Shown: positions 9,535 through 19,269, counted from the first letter of the stretch. The stretch is 64,000 nt of DNA from an uncultured Armatimonadetes bacterium (GCA_963717145.1 OY970325.1:4160001-4224000), one strand, 5' to 3'. The notes: generated by a model from the sequence alone, not told the origin. Translations and numbers: made by a program.

Positions 9535-9603
9535 CTCCCACACTCCCATACCCCCACACTCCCACACTCCCACACTCCCATACTCCCACACTCCCATACT
9601 CCC
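9535..9603. repeat. Octamer tandem repeat (CTCCCAYA)
   Basis: About 8 units between convergent stop codons; same unit at 34132 and 55838. Confidence 0.85.
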
Positions 9604-11087
9604 TACACCGGAGGCGCGCCGATCTGCTTGCCCTCCGGATAGCTCGTTTCCCTCTTCATCCGCTCGAACTCCGCCTTGAGCCTCTTCACGTCGGCGGCGC
9701 GCGCAGGATCCTGCGCAAGGTTGTGCATCTCGCTCGGATCCTTCTCGAGGTCGTACATCTCGTCGATGTCCTTGATGTCCGGGTAGCAGACATACTTGCT
9801 CTTCTCCGTCCGCAGGCCGAGTATCAGCGGCACCCCCGGATACCAGTCCTCTCGGAAGTACTCGTACAGGAACATCTTGCGCCAGGGGGCATGCTTCTCA
9901 CCGCCGGCGAACAAAGGCTTCAGCGAGCGACCCTGCATGGAACTCGGCACCTTCGCGCCCGCCAGGTCCAGGAACGTCGGGCCGAGGTCGATGTTGAGCG
10001 TCATCTCCTCGATCTTCGTCCCCGGCTTGATCATCTTCGGGTAGCGGATCAGCCAAGGGATGCGGATCGACTCCTCGTATGCGAGTCGCTTGTCGCCCTT
10101 CCGATGCTCGCCCATGAAGAACCCGTTGTCGCCCGCGAAGGCGACGACGGTGTCATCGAGCATGCCCTTCTTCTCAAGGGTATCGAGGACCTTCCCGATG
10201 CTCTCATCGACCGCCAGAAGCGTGCGATAGTAGTTGAGCCTTCCCTGCTCCTTGCCACTCCATTCCACCGGTGGGATGGTCTCCGGCACGGGCTTGTCCT
10301 TGGATTCGAGCCACTTGGGCTTCGTGCCGCCGCCAAATGCCATCAGCCTCCGTTGCCACTCCGGTTTCCCTCTGTAGTCATCCTTGAAGCTCGCGGGCTC
10401 CGGGAGCACGGCATCCGACCCGGCATCCTTGTGGCGCTCTGCGGGCGTGAACGGCCCGTGGACCGCCTTGTGGGCGAGGATCATGCAGAACGGCTTGTCC
10501 CGGTCTTTCTCCAGGAACTTCACCGCGTAGTCCGTGAGCAGGTCGGTCATGTAGCCCTCCGCCTGGAACTCGCGGCCGTTCTCGTTCAGTTTGGGATCGT
10601 TGTAGACTCCCTGGCCGAGGAAGCTGAGCCAGTAGTCGAATCCCGGCCTCGGATCGGATTTCCTCTCCATGTGCCACTTGCCGATGTAGGCCGTCTCGTA
10701 TCCCGCCTTCCGGAGCGCCTGTGGGAAGTTCTCCAGCGACGGGTCGGGATCGTTGGCTTCGTTGTTCACGACGCCATGCCGGTGAGCGTATGTGCCTGTC
10801 ACGAAGGAGGCCCGACTGGGGGAGCAGAGCGCGGTGGTCACGAACGCGTTGGTGAGCGTGGCGCCTTCGCGCGCCAGGCGGTCCATATTCGGCGTCTTGA
10901 AAAACGGTACTCGTCCCATGAAGCCCATCGCGTCGTAACGCTGGTCGTCGGTCAATATGAATATCAGGTTCGGACGCTTGGCGGGCGCGGCCTCGAGCGG
11001 CTTGCTCCACCAGGGCAATGTGGCCGCGGCCCCGGCGGCTGCGGCTCGCGTGATAAACTCCCTGCGCGTCAGTTGCTTTTCCGTCAT
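9603..11087 (-). CDS. Tat-exported Cys-type sulfatase (GlcNAc-6-sulfatase-like)
   Basis: TRREFI Tat motif, LTDDQR, CSPSRAS, GKWH, GDKR. Confidence 0.9.
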   Translation of the reverse strand: MTEKQLTRREFITRAAAAGAAATLPWWSKPLEAAPAKRPNLIFILTDDQRYDAMGFMGRVPFFKTPNMDRLAREGATLTNAFVTTALCSPSRASFVTGTYAHRHGVVNNEANDPDPSLENFPQALRKAGYETAYIGKWHMERKSDPRPGFDYWLSFLGQGVYNDPKLNENGREFQAEGYMTDLLTDYAVKFLEKDRDKPFCMILAHKAVHGPFTPAERHKDAGSDAVLPEPASFKDDYRGKPEWQRRLMAFGGGTKPKWLESKDKPVPETIPPVEWSGKEQGRLNYYRTLLAVDESIGKVLDTLEKKGMLDDTVVAFAGDNGFFMGEHRKGDKRLAYEESIRIPWLIRYPKMIKPGTKIEEMTLNIDLGPTFLDLAGAKVPSSMQGRSLKPLFAGGEKHAPWRKMFLYEYFREDWYPGVPLILGLRTEKSKYVCYPDIKDIDEMYDLEKDPSEMHNLAQDPARAADVKRLKAEFERMKRETSYPEGKQIGAPPV

Positions 11088-11219
11088 GGTCTAACCTCCT
11101 CGATTCCAAACGGCGTACGTACATGTTCTCCTCTCCCTCCTCCGACTCCTACTCATACTCATACTCATACTCGAATTTGATCCTGCTCTGATCCTGCCCC
11201 GTTTTCGTGGACAGATCAC

Positions 11220-12089
11220 CTAGGCCGCTCGTTCGAGAGCGGCCGCCTCGAAATCGGCGGGACTCCGATAGCCGAGGCTCGAGTGGAGTCGCTGTCGATT
11301 GTAGAACACTTCGATGTACTCGAAGATATCAGATCTCGCTTCCTCTCGTGAGGAGTATGTTCGATGATGTATCAGCTCGGCCTTAAGCGTCGCAAAGAAG
11401 CTCTCCATCGGGGCGTTGTCATAGCAGTTCCCGGCGCCGCTCATGCTGGCTCGAATTTCGTAGGCTTCGAGAAGCCTACGAAATTCGCCGCTCGCGTACT
11501 GACACCCTCGATCCGAATGATGGATGACTTCGCCGACCGGTCTTCTGTTCTTGTATGCCATCCTGAGCGCCTCACTTGCGAGCACACTCCCAAGCGTCTC
11601 TTTCATCGACCAGCCCACTATCTGGCGCGAGTAAAGATCCATCACCGCCGAAAGATAGAGCCAACCCTCACGGGTATGCACATACGTTATGTCGCTTACC
11701 CAGACACTGTTCGGTCTGGCTACCTCGAAGTTTCTCTTGAGCAGATTCGCCGCCACAGGCTGGTTGTGCCTGGAGTTAGTCGTAACACGGAACTTCCGTT
11801 TCTGTCTTGCGCGGATTCCGTTTGCTGTCATGAGCCTGGCCACACGGCCTCTGCTGCAGGTCTCACCCGCCTGCCGAAGCCGTATGTGAACCCTCGGGCT
11901 ACCGTAGGTGTCTCTGCTCTCGGCGTGGACCTCCCTGATCCGTGTGAGCAGCTTCTCGTTCTTCCTGGCGCGATCGCTTTCGGGACGCCCCTGCCACGCG
12001 TAGTAGCCGCTCCGGCTCACACCGAGCACCCCGCAGATCGTCCCGATCCTGAAGCGGCCGTCTTGAGCAGCGATGAAGGCGTACTTCAC
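11220..12089 (-). CDS. IS3 transposase OrfB (DDE integrase core)
   Basis: WVSDITY, HSDRGCQY, CYDNAPMESFF, YNRQRLHSSLGY. Confidence 0.95.
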   Translation of the reverse strand: MKYAFIAAQDGRFRIGTICGVLGVSRSGYYAWQGRPESDRARKNEKLLTRIREVHAESRDTYGSPRVHIRLRQAGETCSRGRVARLMTANGIRARQKRKFRVTTNSRHNQPVAANLLKRNFEVARPNSVWVSDITYVHTREGWLYLSAVMDLYSRQIVGWSMKETLGSVLASEALRMAYKNRRPVGEVIHHSDRGCQYASGEFRRLLEAYEIRASMSGAGNCYDNAPMESFFATLKAELIHHRTYSSREEARSDIFEYIEVFYNRQRLHSSLGYRSPADFEAAALERAA

Positions 12090-12367
12090 TGCTGCTCCCT
12101 CGCAAAGTACGCCGCCGCTTTTTTTAATATGTCTCTCTCCTCTCGGAGGAGATCGTTCTCCTTGCGGAGACGCTTCACTTCGTCCTCAAGGGACTCTCTC
12201 TTCCTGGGATCGATCTCTCCCAGGCTCTCCTTGTACTTCCTGATCCAGGCGTCCAGGCTGTTGATGTTGACTCCCAGTTCCTTTGCGATCCGAGCTTTGC
12301 TCGCCCTGCCGGAAAAGGCCAACTTCACCGCCTCCGCCTTGAAGCTTTCTGAATACTGCCTCTTCAT
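12086..12367 (-). CDS. IS3 transposase OrfA (HTH)
   Basis: YSESFKAEAV...ERDILKKAAAYF; GTGA overlap with orfB. Confidence 0.95.
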   Translation of the reverse strand: MKRQYSESFKAEAVKLAFSGRASKARIAKELGVNINSLDAWIRKYKESLGEIDPRKRESLEDEVKRLRKENDLLREERDILKKAAAYFAREQQ

Positions 12368-12418
12368 CTTGGGTCACCTCATCTCTTATTATCCGGTGCC
12401 CACTAATTCGAGGCAAGA

Positions 12419-13156
12419 TCAGTATGTTCGATGATGTATCAGCTCGGCCTTAAGCGTCGCAAAGAAGCTCTCCATCGGGGCGTTGTCATAGCAGTTCCCG
12501 GCGCCGCTCATGCTGGCTCGAATTTCGTAGGCTTCGAGAAGCCTACGAAATTCGCCGCTCGCGTACTGACACCCTCGATCCGAATGATGGATGACTTCAC
12601 CGACCGGTCTTCTGTTCTTGTATGCCATCCTGAGCGCCTCACTTGCGAGCACACTCCCAAGCGTCTCTTTCATCGACCAGCCCACTATCTGGCGCGAGTA
12701 AAGATCCATCACCGCCGAAAGATAGAGCCAACCCTCACGGGTATGCACATACGTTATGTCGCTTACCCAGACACTGTTCGGTCTGGCTACCTCGAAGTTT
12801 CTCTTGAGCAGATTCGCCGCCACAGGCTGGTTGTGCCTGGAGTTAGTCGTAACACGGAACTTCCGTTTCTGTCTTGCGCGGATTCCGTTTGCTGTCATGA
12901 GCCTGGCCACACGGCCTCTGCTGCAGGTCTCACCCGCCTGCCGAAGCCGTATGTGAACCCTCGGGCTACCGTAGGTGTCTCTGCTCTCGGCGTGGACCTC
13001 CCTGATCCGTGTGAGCAGCTTCTCGTTCTTCCTGGCGCGATCGCTTTCGGGACGCCCCTGCCACGCGTAGTAGCCGCTCCGGCTCACACCGAGCACCCCG
13101 CAGATCGTCCCGATCCTGAAGCGGCCGTCTTGAGCAGCGATGAAGGCGTACTTCAC
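12419..13156 (-). pseudogene. Truncated IS3 OrfB
   Basis: Same protein as 11220-12089 but stops at HHRTY, on the TGA of the neighbouring IR. Confidence 0.85.
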
Positions 13157-13488
13157 TGCTGCTCCCTCGCAAAGTACGCCGCCGCTTTTTTTAATATGTC
13201 TCTCTCCTCTCGGAGGAGATCGTTCTCCTTGCGGAGACGCTTCACTTCGTCCTCAAGGGACTCTCTCTTCCTGGGATCGATCTCTCCCAGGCTCTCCTTG
13301 TACTTCCTGATCCAGGCGTCCAGGCTGTTGATGTTGACTCCCAGTTCCTTTGCGATCCGAGCTTTGCTCGCCCTGCCGGAAAAAGCCAACTTCACCGCCT
13401 CCGCCTTGAAGCTTTCTGAATACTGCCTCTTCATCTTGGGTCACCTCATCTCTTATTATCCGGTGCCCACTAATTCGAGGCAAGATCA
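12422..13488 (-). mobile_element. Second IS3 copy, truncated (lacks orfB 3' end and right IR)
   Basis: Matches 11355-12421 at offset 1067 with two substitutions seen; ends in the same left IR. Confidence 0.9.
13153..13434 (-). CDS. IS3 transposase OrfA (second copy)
   Basis: Protein identical to 12086-12367. Confidence 0.9.
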   Translation of the reverse strand: MKRQYSESFKAEAVKLAFSGRASKARIAKELGVNINSLDAWIRKYKESLGEIDPRKRESLEDEVKRLRKENDLLREERDILKKAAAYFAREQQ

Positions 13489-13617
13489 CGACCGGCAAGG
13501 CAAGGAATCCCGAGGGATGGCGTGCAGGATTATTTCGGGCCTGCGCATCAGCGCCGGAACACCCGATGATAATACCAGGCAGAAGAATGCCAGAATGCCG
13601 AACAAGGGAGTGTTCTT

Positions 13618-14583
13618 ATGGCGGTCATGCAGAGAGACATCGTCCGGCGGCAGTCGTCGGGACGGGACATCATCCACCGTTGGGAAGGGAATCCCATAAT
13701 CACCGTTGAGGATATTCCCTTCAGGTGCAATTCGGTCTTCAATGCGGGGGCGGCGAGGTACAATGGCGAGTACATCCTGCTTCTGCGCGTGGAAGACCTC
13801 AAGGGCCGGTCCGTGTTCGCGCTTGCTCGCGGCCACGACGGTTTCCACTTCACCGTCGATCCGACTCCCGCCATGGAGCGGGCCGATGTCGAGCCGTTTC
13901 GGACCTACGAGAGCCGGGGGATCGAAGACCCGCGCATAACCGAGATCGACGGCGTCTTCTACATCATGTACACCGCGGTCTCTCAGTACGGTCCGTGCCT
14001 GGCGCTCGCCACGACGACGAATTTCAAGAAGTTCACCCGGATCGGCATCATATCCGAGCCGGAGAACAAAGATGGAGTCCTCTTCCCCAAGAAGATCGGT
14101 GGGAGGTACGTTCGCCTCGACCGGCCTCATGCGGGACTGGGCAACATCTGGGTGTCATACTCCGAGGACCTCAGGATGTGGGGCGATTCCAGGGCGGTGA
14201 TGACCGGTGTCGGCGGCCGATGGGATTGCGACCGGATAGGCGCGTCGGCCCCTCCGATCGAGACCCCTCACGGCTGGCTTGAGATCTACCATGGCGTCAA
14301 ATGCACCTCGGGCGGCCCGGTCTACAGGCTGGGGGTGGCGCTGCTCGATCTCGAAGATCCGTCGATTGTTCTCAAGCGGGCCGCGATCCCGATCCTCTCG
14401 CCTCGCGAGTACTACGAGCGGATAGGGGATGTCGGCAACGTCGTGTTCTCATGCGGCGCGATCGCGGACGAGCGGGACGGCAACATGCTGGTCTACTATG
14501 GCGCGGGCGACACCTGCATCTGCGTGGGCACGACCTCGATCCACGAGTTGATCGAACGCTGCGACGAAAGCGACCCCGACTGA
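13618..14583 (+). CDS. Glycoside hydrolase family 130 (beta-mannoside phosphorylase-like)
   Basis: SVFNAGA, GIEDPRIT, ENKDGVLFP, EIYHGV, YERIGDVGNVVF, YYGAGD. Confidence 0.9.
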   Translation: MAVMQRDIVRRQSSGRDIIHRWEGNPIITVEDIPFRCNSVFNAGAARYNGEYILLLRVEDLKGRSVFALARGHDGFHFTVDPTPAMERADVEPFRTYESRGIEDPRITEIDGVFYIMYTAVSQYGPCLALATTTNFKKFTRIGIISEPENKDGVLFPKKIGGRYVRLDRPHAGLGNIWVSYSEDLRMWGDSRAVMTGVGGRWDCDRIGASAPPIETPHGWLEIYHGVKCTSGGPVYRLGVALLDLEDPSIVLKRAAIPILSPREYYERIGDVGNVVFSCGAIADERDGNMLVYYGAGDTCICVGTTSIHELIERCDESDPD

Positions 14584-14610
14584 GAAACCGATCCTTTTGT
14601 CATATACACC

Positions 14611-14638
14611 GTAGGGGAGGCCTTCAACGGCCTCCCCT
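14611..14638 (+). terminator. GTAG-initiated hairpin (REP-like or terminator)
   Basis: AGGGGAGGCC-ttcaac-GGCCTCCCCT downstream of the GH130 stop. Confidence 0.5.
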
Positions 14639-14668
14639 TCCTGTTTGGATAGCAGTCATCTTGGCATG

Positions 14669-14697
14669 TTGCCAAAAGTGGCGAAGTGAGGTATAAT
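14669..14697 (+). promoter_or_regulatory. Sigma70 promoter of phd-relE
   Basis: TTGCCA-17 bp-TATAAT. Confidence 0.75.
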
Positions 14698-14735
14698 GTT
14701 GATAATAGCTACTTTGGCTACGACGAGGTGGTACC

Positions 14736-14990
14736 ATGACGACGGTGAAATCCAAGGAAGCTCAGAACAAGTTCGGTTCGATGCTGGATGCCGCTCAGAA
14801 GGAGCCCGTGACGATCACGCGGCACGATCGCCCGGTGGCGGTGGTCATGTCAACTGAGCGGTATGCGGAGTTGGAAGCGCTTGAGGATTCCGTGTGGGCG
14901 ATCCGCGCCAGGATGGCCTCCGAGAAGGGGCTGATCGGCGTGGAGGAGACGAGGGAGTTCATCGAGAGGATGCTGAATGCCGGCTCCTAA
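14736..14990 (+). CDS. Phd/YefM family antitoxin
   Basis: EAQNKFGSMLDAAQKEPVTITRHDRPVAVVMS. Confidence 0.9.
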   Translation: MTTVKSKEAQNKFGSMLDAAQKEPVTITRHDRPVAVVMSTERYAELEALEDSVWAIRARMASEKGLIGVEETREFIERMLNAGS

Positions 14991-15249
14991 CCTCTCACCC
15001 GACGCTCGTGACTTCATCGAGAAGCTCCAACACAAGTATGCGAAACAGGTCCTGCTGAAGATCCTCGACCTCTGCCGAGATCCCCAGCCACACGATTCCA
15101 GCCGCCTTAAGTGCCCCGACGAGGGATACCGCCGCGCCAACATCGGCGAGTACCGCATCATCTACCGCGTCGTCGGCGACACGCTCGAAGTCCTCCTCAT
15201 CGGCAAGCGGAACGACGACGAGGTCTACCGCCGGTTCGCTCGAAGGTAG
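14977..15249 (+). CDS. RelE/ParE family toxin
   Basis: YRRANIGEYRIIY...IGKRND; overlaps the antitoxin. Confidence 0.9.
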   Translation: MPAPNLSPDARDFIEKLQHKYAKQVLLKILDLCRDPQPHDSSRLKCPDEGYRRANIGEYRIIYRVVGDTLEVLLIGKRNDDEVYRRFARR

Positions 15250-15344
15250 CGTCTCTCCTCCAACACGGTTGTTGTTGCCCAGGCGGAAATGCGGTACAAT
15301 GCCTGTGATGGACCAGGTTTTCTGGAAGGTCACCGAGGGCTGAG

Positions 15345-15683
15345 ATGAGCAACTTGATCTCCACCGACAAACAGACCGAGTTGGAGCTGAATAGGCTGGT
15401 GAAGCGGATCGCGGACGCCGTGCATCCGATCCGCGTCATCTTGTTCGGCTCGGCGGTCCGCGGCGAGATGGGGCCGGACAGTGACTTCGACCTCCTGGTC
15501 GTGATGCCGGACGGCACTCACCGCCGCCACACCGCACAGCGCATATACAGCACCGTGCGAGGCGTCAGGATTCCGTACGATGTCATGGTAGCCACGCCGT
15601 CGGACCTGGAGAAGCACAGGGACAATATCGGGCTGATCTACAAGACGATCCTAGACGAAGGCAGGGTAGTCTATGCCAGGTGA
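15345..15683 (+). CDS. Minimal nucleotidyltransferase (MNT) antitoxin
   Basis: LFGSAVRGEMGPDSDFDLLVV (GS-x10-DxD). Confidence 0.9.
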   Translation: MSNLISTDKQTELELNRLVKRIADAVHPIRVILFGSAVRGEMGPDSDFDLLVVMPDGTHRRHTAQRIYSTVRGVRIPYDVMVATPSDLEKHRDNIGLIYKTILDEGRVVYAR

Positions 15684-16059
15684 ACTTCAGACGCCTAAGG
15701 AGTGGATGCGCTACGCCAGGAGCGACCTTGCCATGGCAAAGGTCCCGGCCTTTCCCGACATTATGCTGGATACTCTTTGCTTTCATGCTCAACAGGCTGT
15801 CGAAAAGAGCATCAAGGCCGTCCTGATCTCCAAAGGCATCCCATTCCCCAGAACCCACTATATCGACCTCCTGATCGATCTGCTCCCGGCCGATACACCT
15901 CGTCCGCCGGATGATGCCGAAGTGGTAGAGCTAACCCAATACGCCGTCACAATCCGCTATCCCGGACTGGACGAACCGATGACTGAAGAGGAGTACCAGA
16001 AGGCGGTCCGCCTGGCAGATTCGGTGGTCAAGTGGGCTGATGGGTTGCTTGCCAGCTAA
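15673..16059 (+). CDS. HEPN domain protein (MNT partner)
   Basis: CFHAQQAVEKSIKA, PRTH, IRYP. Confidence 0.9.
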   Translation: MPGELQTPKEWMRYARSDLAMAKVPAFPDIMLDTLCFHAQQAVEKSIKAVLISKGIPFPRTHYIDLLIDLLPADTPRPPDDAEVVELTQYAVTIRYPGLDEPMTEEEYQKAVRLADSVVKWADGLLAS

Positions 16060-16078
16060 CAGTTATGAGCAGGTGGGC

Positions 16079-16339
16079 TCACGGCTTGTCGAGCGTCTCG
16101 TCGTGCTTGCCGATGTTGCGCAGGACATAGGCGTCGGTTTCTACCTGGAGAGTCATCCGGCAGGAGCGGTCGACGCGGGCTTCCCAGATGCCGGGAGTCC
16201 CCTCGATCTTCCTGAGGCGTAACCCGGGATGCCTCGGGTGCTCCGCCAGCAGCCTGAGCGCCTTGTCGGCCTTCTTCCGCAGTGACTCCGGCAGCGACCG
16301 GTAGGCGGCCCTGAACCTGCCCGTGAGGATGAATCTCAC
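16079..16339 (-). CDS. RelE-fold toxin
   Basis: HPRHPGLRLRKI, IWEARV, LRNIGKHD; directly downstream of abrB-like gene. Confidence 0.8.
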   Translation of the reverse strand: MRFILTGRFRAAYRSLPESLRKKADKALRLLAEHPRHPGLRLRKIEGTPGIWEARVDRSCRMTLQVETDAYVLRNIGKHDETLDKP

Positions 16340-16342
16340 CGG

Positions 16343-16615
16343 TTACTCCCCTTTGAGACCATCGAGCAGGTCGTCAACCGACTCGAACTCCTCGACATTG
16401 CCGCTAGTGATGTCCTTCTGCGCCTCCGCTTCGCCCTTCTGCCATTCGGGCGACCAGAACCAGGTGTCCCTCTTGTCGATCAGCTTCTTCGGCGTCAAGA
16501 CTATCTGGCCATCATGGACCTCGCAGTCGAGGAGGTCACTGTCCTCGAGGTGAAGAGCCTTGCGAACCCCGGCAGGCAGTGTTATCTGGGCATTCTTTCT
16601 GATCTTGAGCAACAT
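16343..16615 (-). CDS. AbrB/MazE/SpoVT family antitoxin
   Basis: QITLPAGVRKALHL...IVLTP, WFWSPEWQKGEAEA. Confidence 0.9.
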   Translation of the reverse strand: MLLKIRKNAQITLPAGVRKALHLEDSDLLDCEVHDGQIVLTPKKLIDKRDTWFWSPEWQKGEAEAQKDITSGNVEEFESVDDLLDGLKGE

Positions 16616-16768
16616 GCGAAACTCCGAATCTGCGAAATTGCGAAACTCGCAGGGACATTATGCCACAGATTCCGCAGGAGTCCAGCGTTCTTTTTCAAAT
16701 GCGATTGTTGTCATCTCCGAAATGCGGTACAATCGCTAACGAAAGACCGAAAACGGAGAGACGACGAC

Positions 16769-18280
16769 TTGGAACCCACGGATCTGTATTGCCAGGAACT
16801 TCAAACCACACCACAGCCGCAACTCGGCAAGATTCTCGTGACGGGCGCAACCGGGTACGTCGGCGGACGGCTCGTACCGGAGCTTCTCGCGCGAGGATAT
16901 TATGTCAGGGTGATGGTGCGCGCGCTCTCGGCCGAACTGCGCGACCGGTGGCCCGACGTGGAGATCGTGCTGGGCGATGCTCTCGATCCGGAGAGCCTGC
17001 TGCCCGCGTTGAAGGGCGTCAATACCGCATACTACCTGATCCATTCCCTGCTCGGCGGGCACGAGCGGTTCGAAGACCTGGATATTCAGGCCGCAGTGAA
17101 CTTCCGGCAGGCGGCCGATCGCCAGGGGGTCAGCCGTATCATCTACCTCGGCGCGCTGGGGGACGTTCAATCGGAGCTGTCATCGCACCTGCGGAGCAGG
17201 CAGGAGGTCGCCAGGGAACTGAGGCAGGGCAGCGCCAAGTTGACCTCGCTGCGAGCGGCGGTGATAATCGGCTCGGGGAGCGCATCATTCGAGGTAATGG
17301 AACACCTGGCGCGGCGTCTTCCGATCATCCTGCTGCCATCCTGGGCGCAGACACGCTGCCAGCCGATAGCCATCCGGAACGTCATCGCATACCTGGTGGG
17401 CGTCCTCGAGTCACCCGAGACGGCAGGCTGTTCCTGCGACATCGGCGGGCCGGAGATCCTGAGCTACCAGGAGATGCTTCAGACGTTCGCGAACGTATTC
17501 GGACTGAAGAGGCTGTACATTCGCCTGCCAATCTACAATCTCCGCATGACTTCCTATCTCGTCAGCCTGATAACTCCCGTGGCGCACTCGGTGGTCCATT
17601 GCCTACTGGAGAGCGCCGTGAACAACGTCGTCTGTCAGAACAACGACATCCTGGATGTCGTCAAGATCAAGCGACTGCCGTACCGAGAGGCCGTCTTGCG
17701 CGCCTTGTCCCGGGAGGACCAGGACCGCGTGCACACCAGTTGGTCCGATGCATACCCACCCGCCCACGAGTTGATGATGAAACTGGCCGAGATGCCCGCG
17801 GAGAGGCTGTACACGAAGTCGGCGAGTCTCATCACCGGAAAGCCACCCGCCGCTCTGTTCAGCTCCATCTGCCGAATTGGCGGCCGGCACGGTTGGTTCA
17901 ACACGAATTGGCTCTGGAGGCTCAGAGGATCGCTGGACAAGATACTCATGGGCGTTGGGTCGTCGCGGGGCCGACGTGATCCGCGCATGCTCAGGGTGAA
18001 CGATGTCGTGGATTTCTGGCGCGTGGAGGATATCGTCCCTGAGCGGCGACTCCTCCTGCGCGCCGAGATGAAACTGCCGGGCCGGGCGTGGCTGGAGTTC
18101 TGCCTCGATCCTGACACGGCAGATGGAAACAGGCTGTCCGTTCGCGCATACTACGAGCCGTCAGGATTCTGGGGCAAGGCCTACTGGTATGCGGTTTACC
18201 CGCTTCACGCGTTCATATTCCGGGACCTGATCGAACAAATCGAACGCAGCAGCGCCGACGAATCCGATGACTCCGCGTGA
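16769..18280 (+). CDS. NAD(P)-binding SDR with C-terminal DUF2867 (YbjT-like)
   Basis: VTGATGYVG, YYLIHS, HLRSR, IIGSGSASFE, LRAEMKLPGRAWLEF; TTG start with GGAGA RBS. Confidence 0.85.
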   Translation: MEPTDLYCQELQTTPQPQLGKILVTGATGYVGGRLVPELLARGYYVRVMVRALSAELRDRWPDVEIVLGDALDPESLLPALKGVNTAYYLIHSLLGGHERFEDLDIQAAVNFRQAADRQGVSRIIYLGALGDVQSELSSHLRSRQEVARELRQGSAKLTSLRAAVIIGSGSASFEVMEHLARRLPIILLPSWAQTRCQPIAIRNVIAYLVGVLESPETAGCSCDIGGPEILSYQEMLQTFANVFGLKRLYIRLPIYNLRMTSYLVSLITPVAHSVVHCLLESAVNNVVCQNNDILDVVKIKRLPYREAVLRALSREDQDRVHTSWSDAYPPAHELMMKLAEMPAERLYTKSASLITGKPPAALFSSICRIGGRHGWFNTNWLWRLRGSLDKILMGVGSSRGRRDPRMLRVNDVVDFWRVEDIVPERRLLLRAEMKLPGRAWLEFCLDPDTADGNRLSVRAYYEPSGFWGKAYWYAVYPLHAFIFRDLIEQIERSSADESDDSA

Positions 18281-18479
18281 TGACGAGGCTTCGGCGCCAG
18301 TCTTCCCGCAGATGGCCACCCTGATTTGGAGGCGCAGTTAGCCTGAGGTCGAGCTCGCCACTCAATGCCTATTGGCCGACCTCCATCCCACGGTCCTTCA
18401 GGTGGCACTTCAACTCCCGAGACTGCAGGGGACACGCATGCCTTCCGACGACCGTGCAGTGCCGGCGAAGAGTGGAAAA

Positions 18480-18525
18480 CTGGTACTTTTACCAGCTTGA
18501 CGTAGCGAAGTGACTGGTTTATACT
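18480..18525 (+). promoter_or_regulatory. CTGGTA-N4-TACCAG palindrome next to a sigma70 promoter
   Basis: CTGGTACTTTTACCAG 18480-18495; TTGACG 18497-17 bp-TATACT 18520. Confidence 0.7.
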
Positions 18526-18597
18526 AGCCATAGTTGGCGGTCTTAGCAGAGCTTCAAAAGCCAATGCCAGCATGTTCGTATCTTGGAGGAGAAGAAG

Positions 18598-19269
18598 ATG
18601 ATCAAACCCCGTTTGTCGCCAGGCCTCGCTGCTCTTATCGTTGTGTTCGTGGTGTCAGCGTCGCCTGGATACCCGGCCATCAGCGTGTCGCACATAACGG
18701 AGTCGCAGTTTCTGGCGCTGGAGTTCACCCGGCATTTCGTCGCGGAGGGCAGAATCGGAAGCAGCTCGATCGGAGGCTTCACATTCGAGTATGACCTCGG
18801 CCCGGACACGAGCCAGCCGTATCAGACCGGCGAATTCGCGTGGACCAACGGATCCCCTGTTGCGCTCCGCTTGGCATTCAATGGAACAACGGCTGAGTTC
18901 AATGTAGATGGCCGTCCCATACTGCAATATAACCCCGCGGTCACCGCAACCCCCCTGGACATCTTCATCCGGACGCGAGCGGAAGCCGGCAAGTCGACCA
19001 TTGAGGTCAGGGACATCTTTCTCGACGGGGAAAGCGCCGGTGTGTCTCAGGCGCCTCCCACGGATTATCTGTGGATCCGCGGCGGGACACTAGACAGCTT
19101 CGAACTCCTCGGCAACTCACTGATGACCTGGACGGGAGCACCGCCCACTCAGTTGGCGCTGGCCTACCAGATCAAGGTGGGAACAGTCGTGCCTGAGCCC
19201 TCATCGCTGTTCGCGCTGCTCGGTGGCATCGGCGCGCTCGGCGGTCTTCTCATTCGCAGGAGAAAGTAA
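18598..19269 (+). CDS. PEP-CTERM sorting-domain protein
   Basis: Signal peptide; C-terminal VPEPSSLFALLGGIGALGGLLIRRRK. Confidence 0.9.
   Translation: MIKPRLSPGLAALIVVFVVSASPGYPAISVSHITESQFLALEFTRHFVAEGRIGSSSIGGFTFEYDLGPDTSQPYQTGEFAWTNGSPVALRLAFNGTTAEFNVDGRPILQYNPAVTATPLDIFIRTRAEAGKSTIEVRDIFLDGESAGVSQAPPTDYLWIRGGTLDSFELLGNSLMTWTGAPPTQLALAYQIKVGTVVPEPSSLFALLGGIGALGGLLIRRRK

Larger units (their letters stand above)
11189..12421 (-). mobile_element. IS3-family insertion sequence, complete copy (1233 bp)
   Basis: Terminal IRs TGATCCTGCCCCGTTTTCGTGGACA / TGATCTTGCCTCGAATTAGTGGGCA; orfA+orfB; A7G slippery run at 12118-12125. Confidence 0.95.

Noticed and set aside
8989-9597. ORFs starting MGVWEYGSVGVWEC (also at 34156, 55913, 55941)
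   Set aside because: These peptides are translations of the CTCCCAYA octamer repeat, not a protein family.
13563-13580. GATAATACCAG before GH130 (and TTATACCAG near 38450, TGTAATAGTACA near 29088) as extra operator sites
   Set aside because: Only half-sites or degenerate cores of CTGGTA-N4-TACCAG, too weak to support.
16514-16768. N-terminal extension of the SDR ORF overlapping abrB
   Set aside because: TTG 16769 has a good RBS; the extension overlaps a real opposite-strand gene and its promoter.
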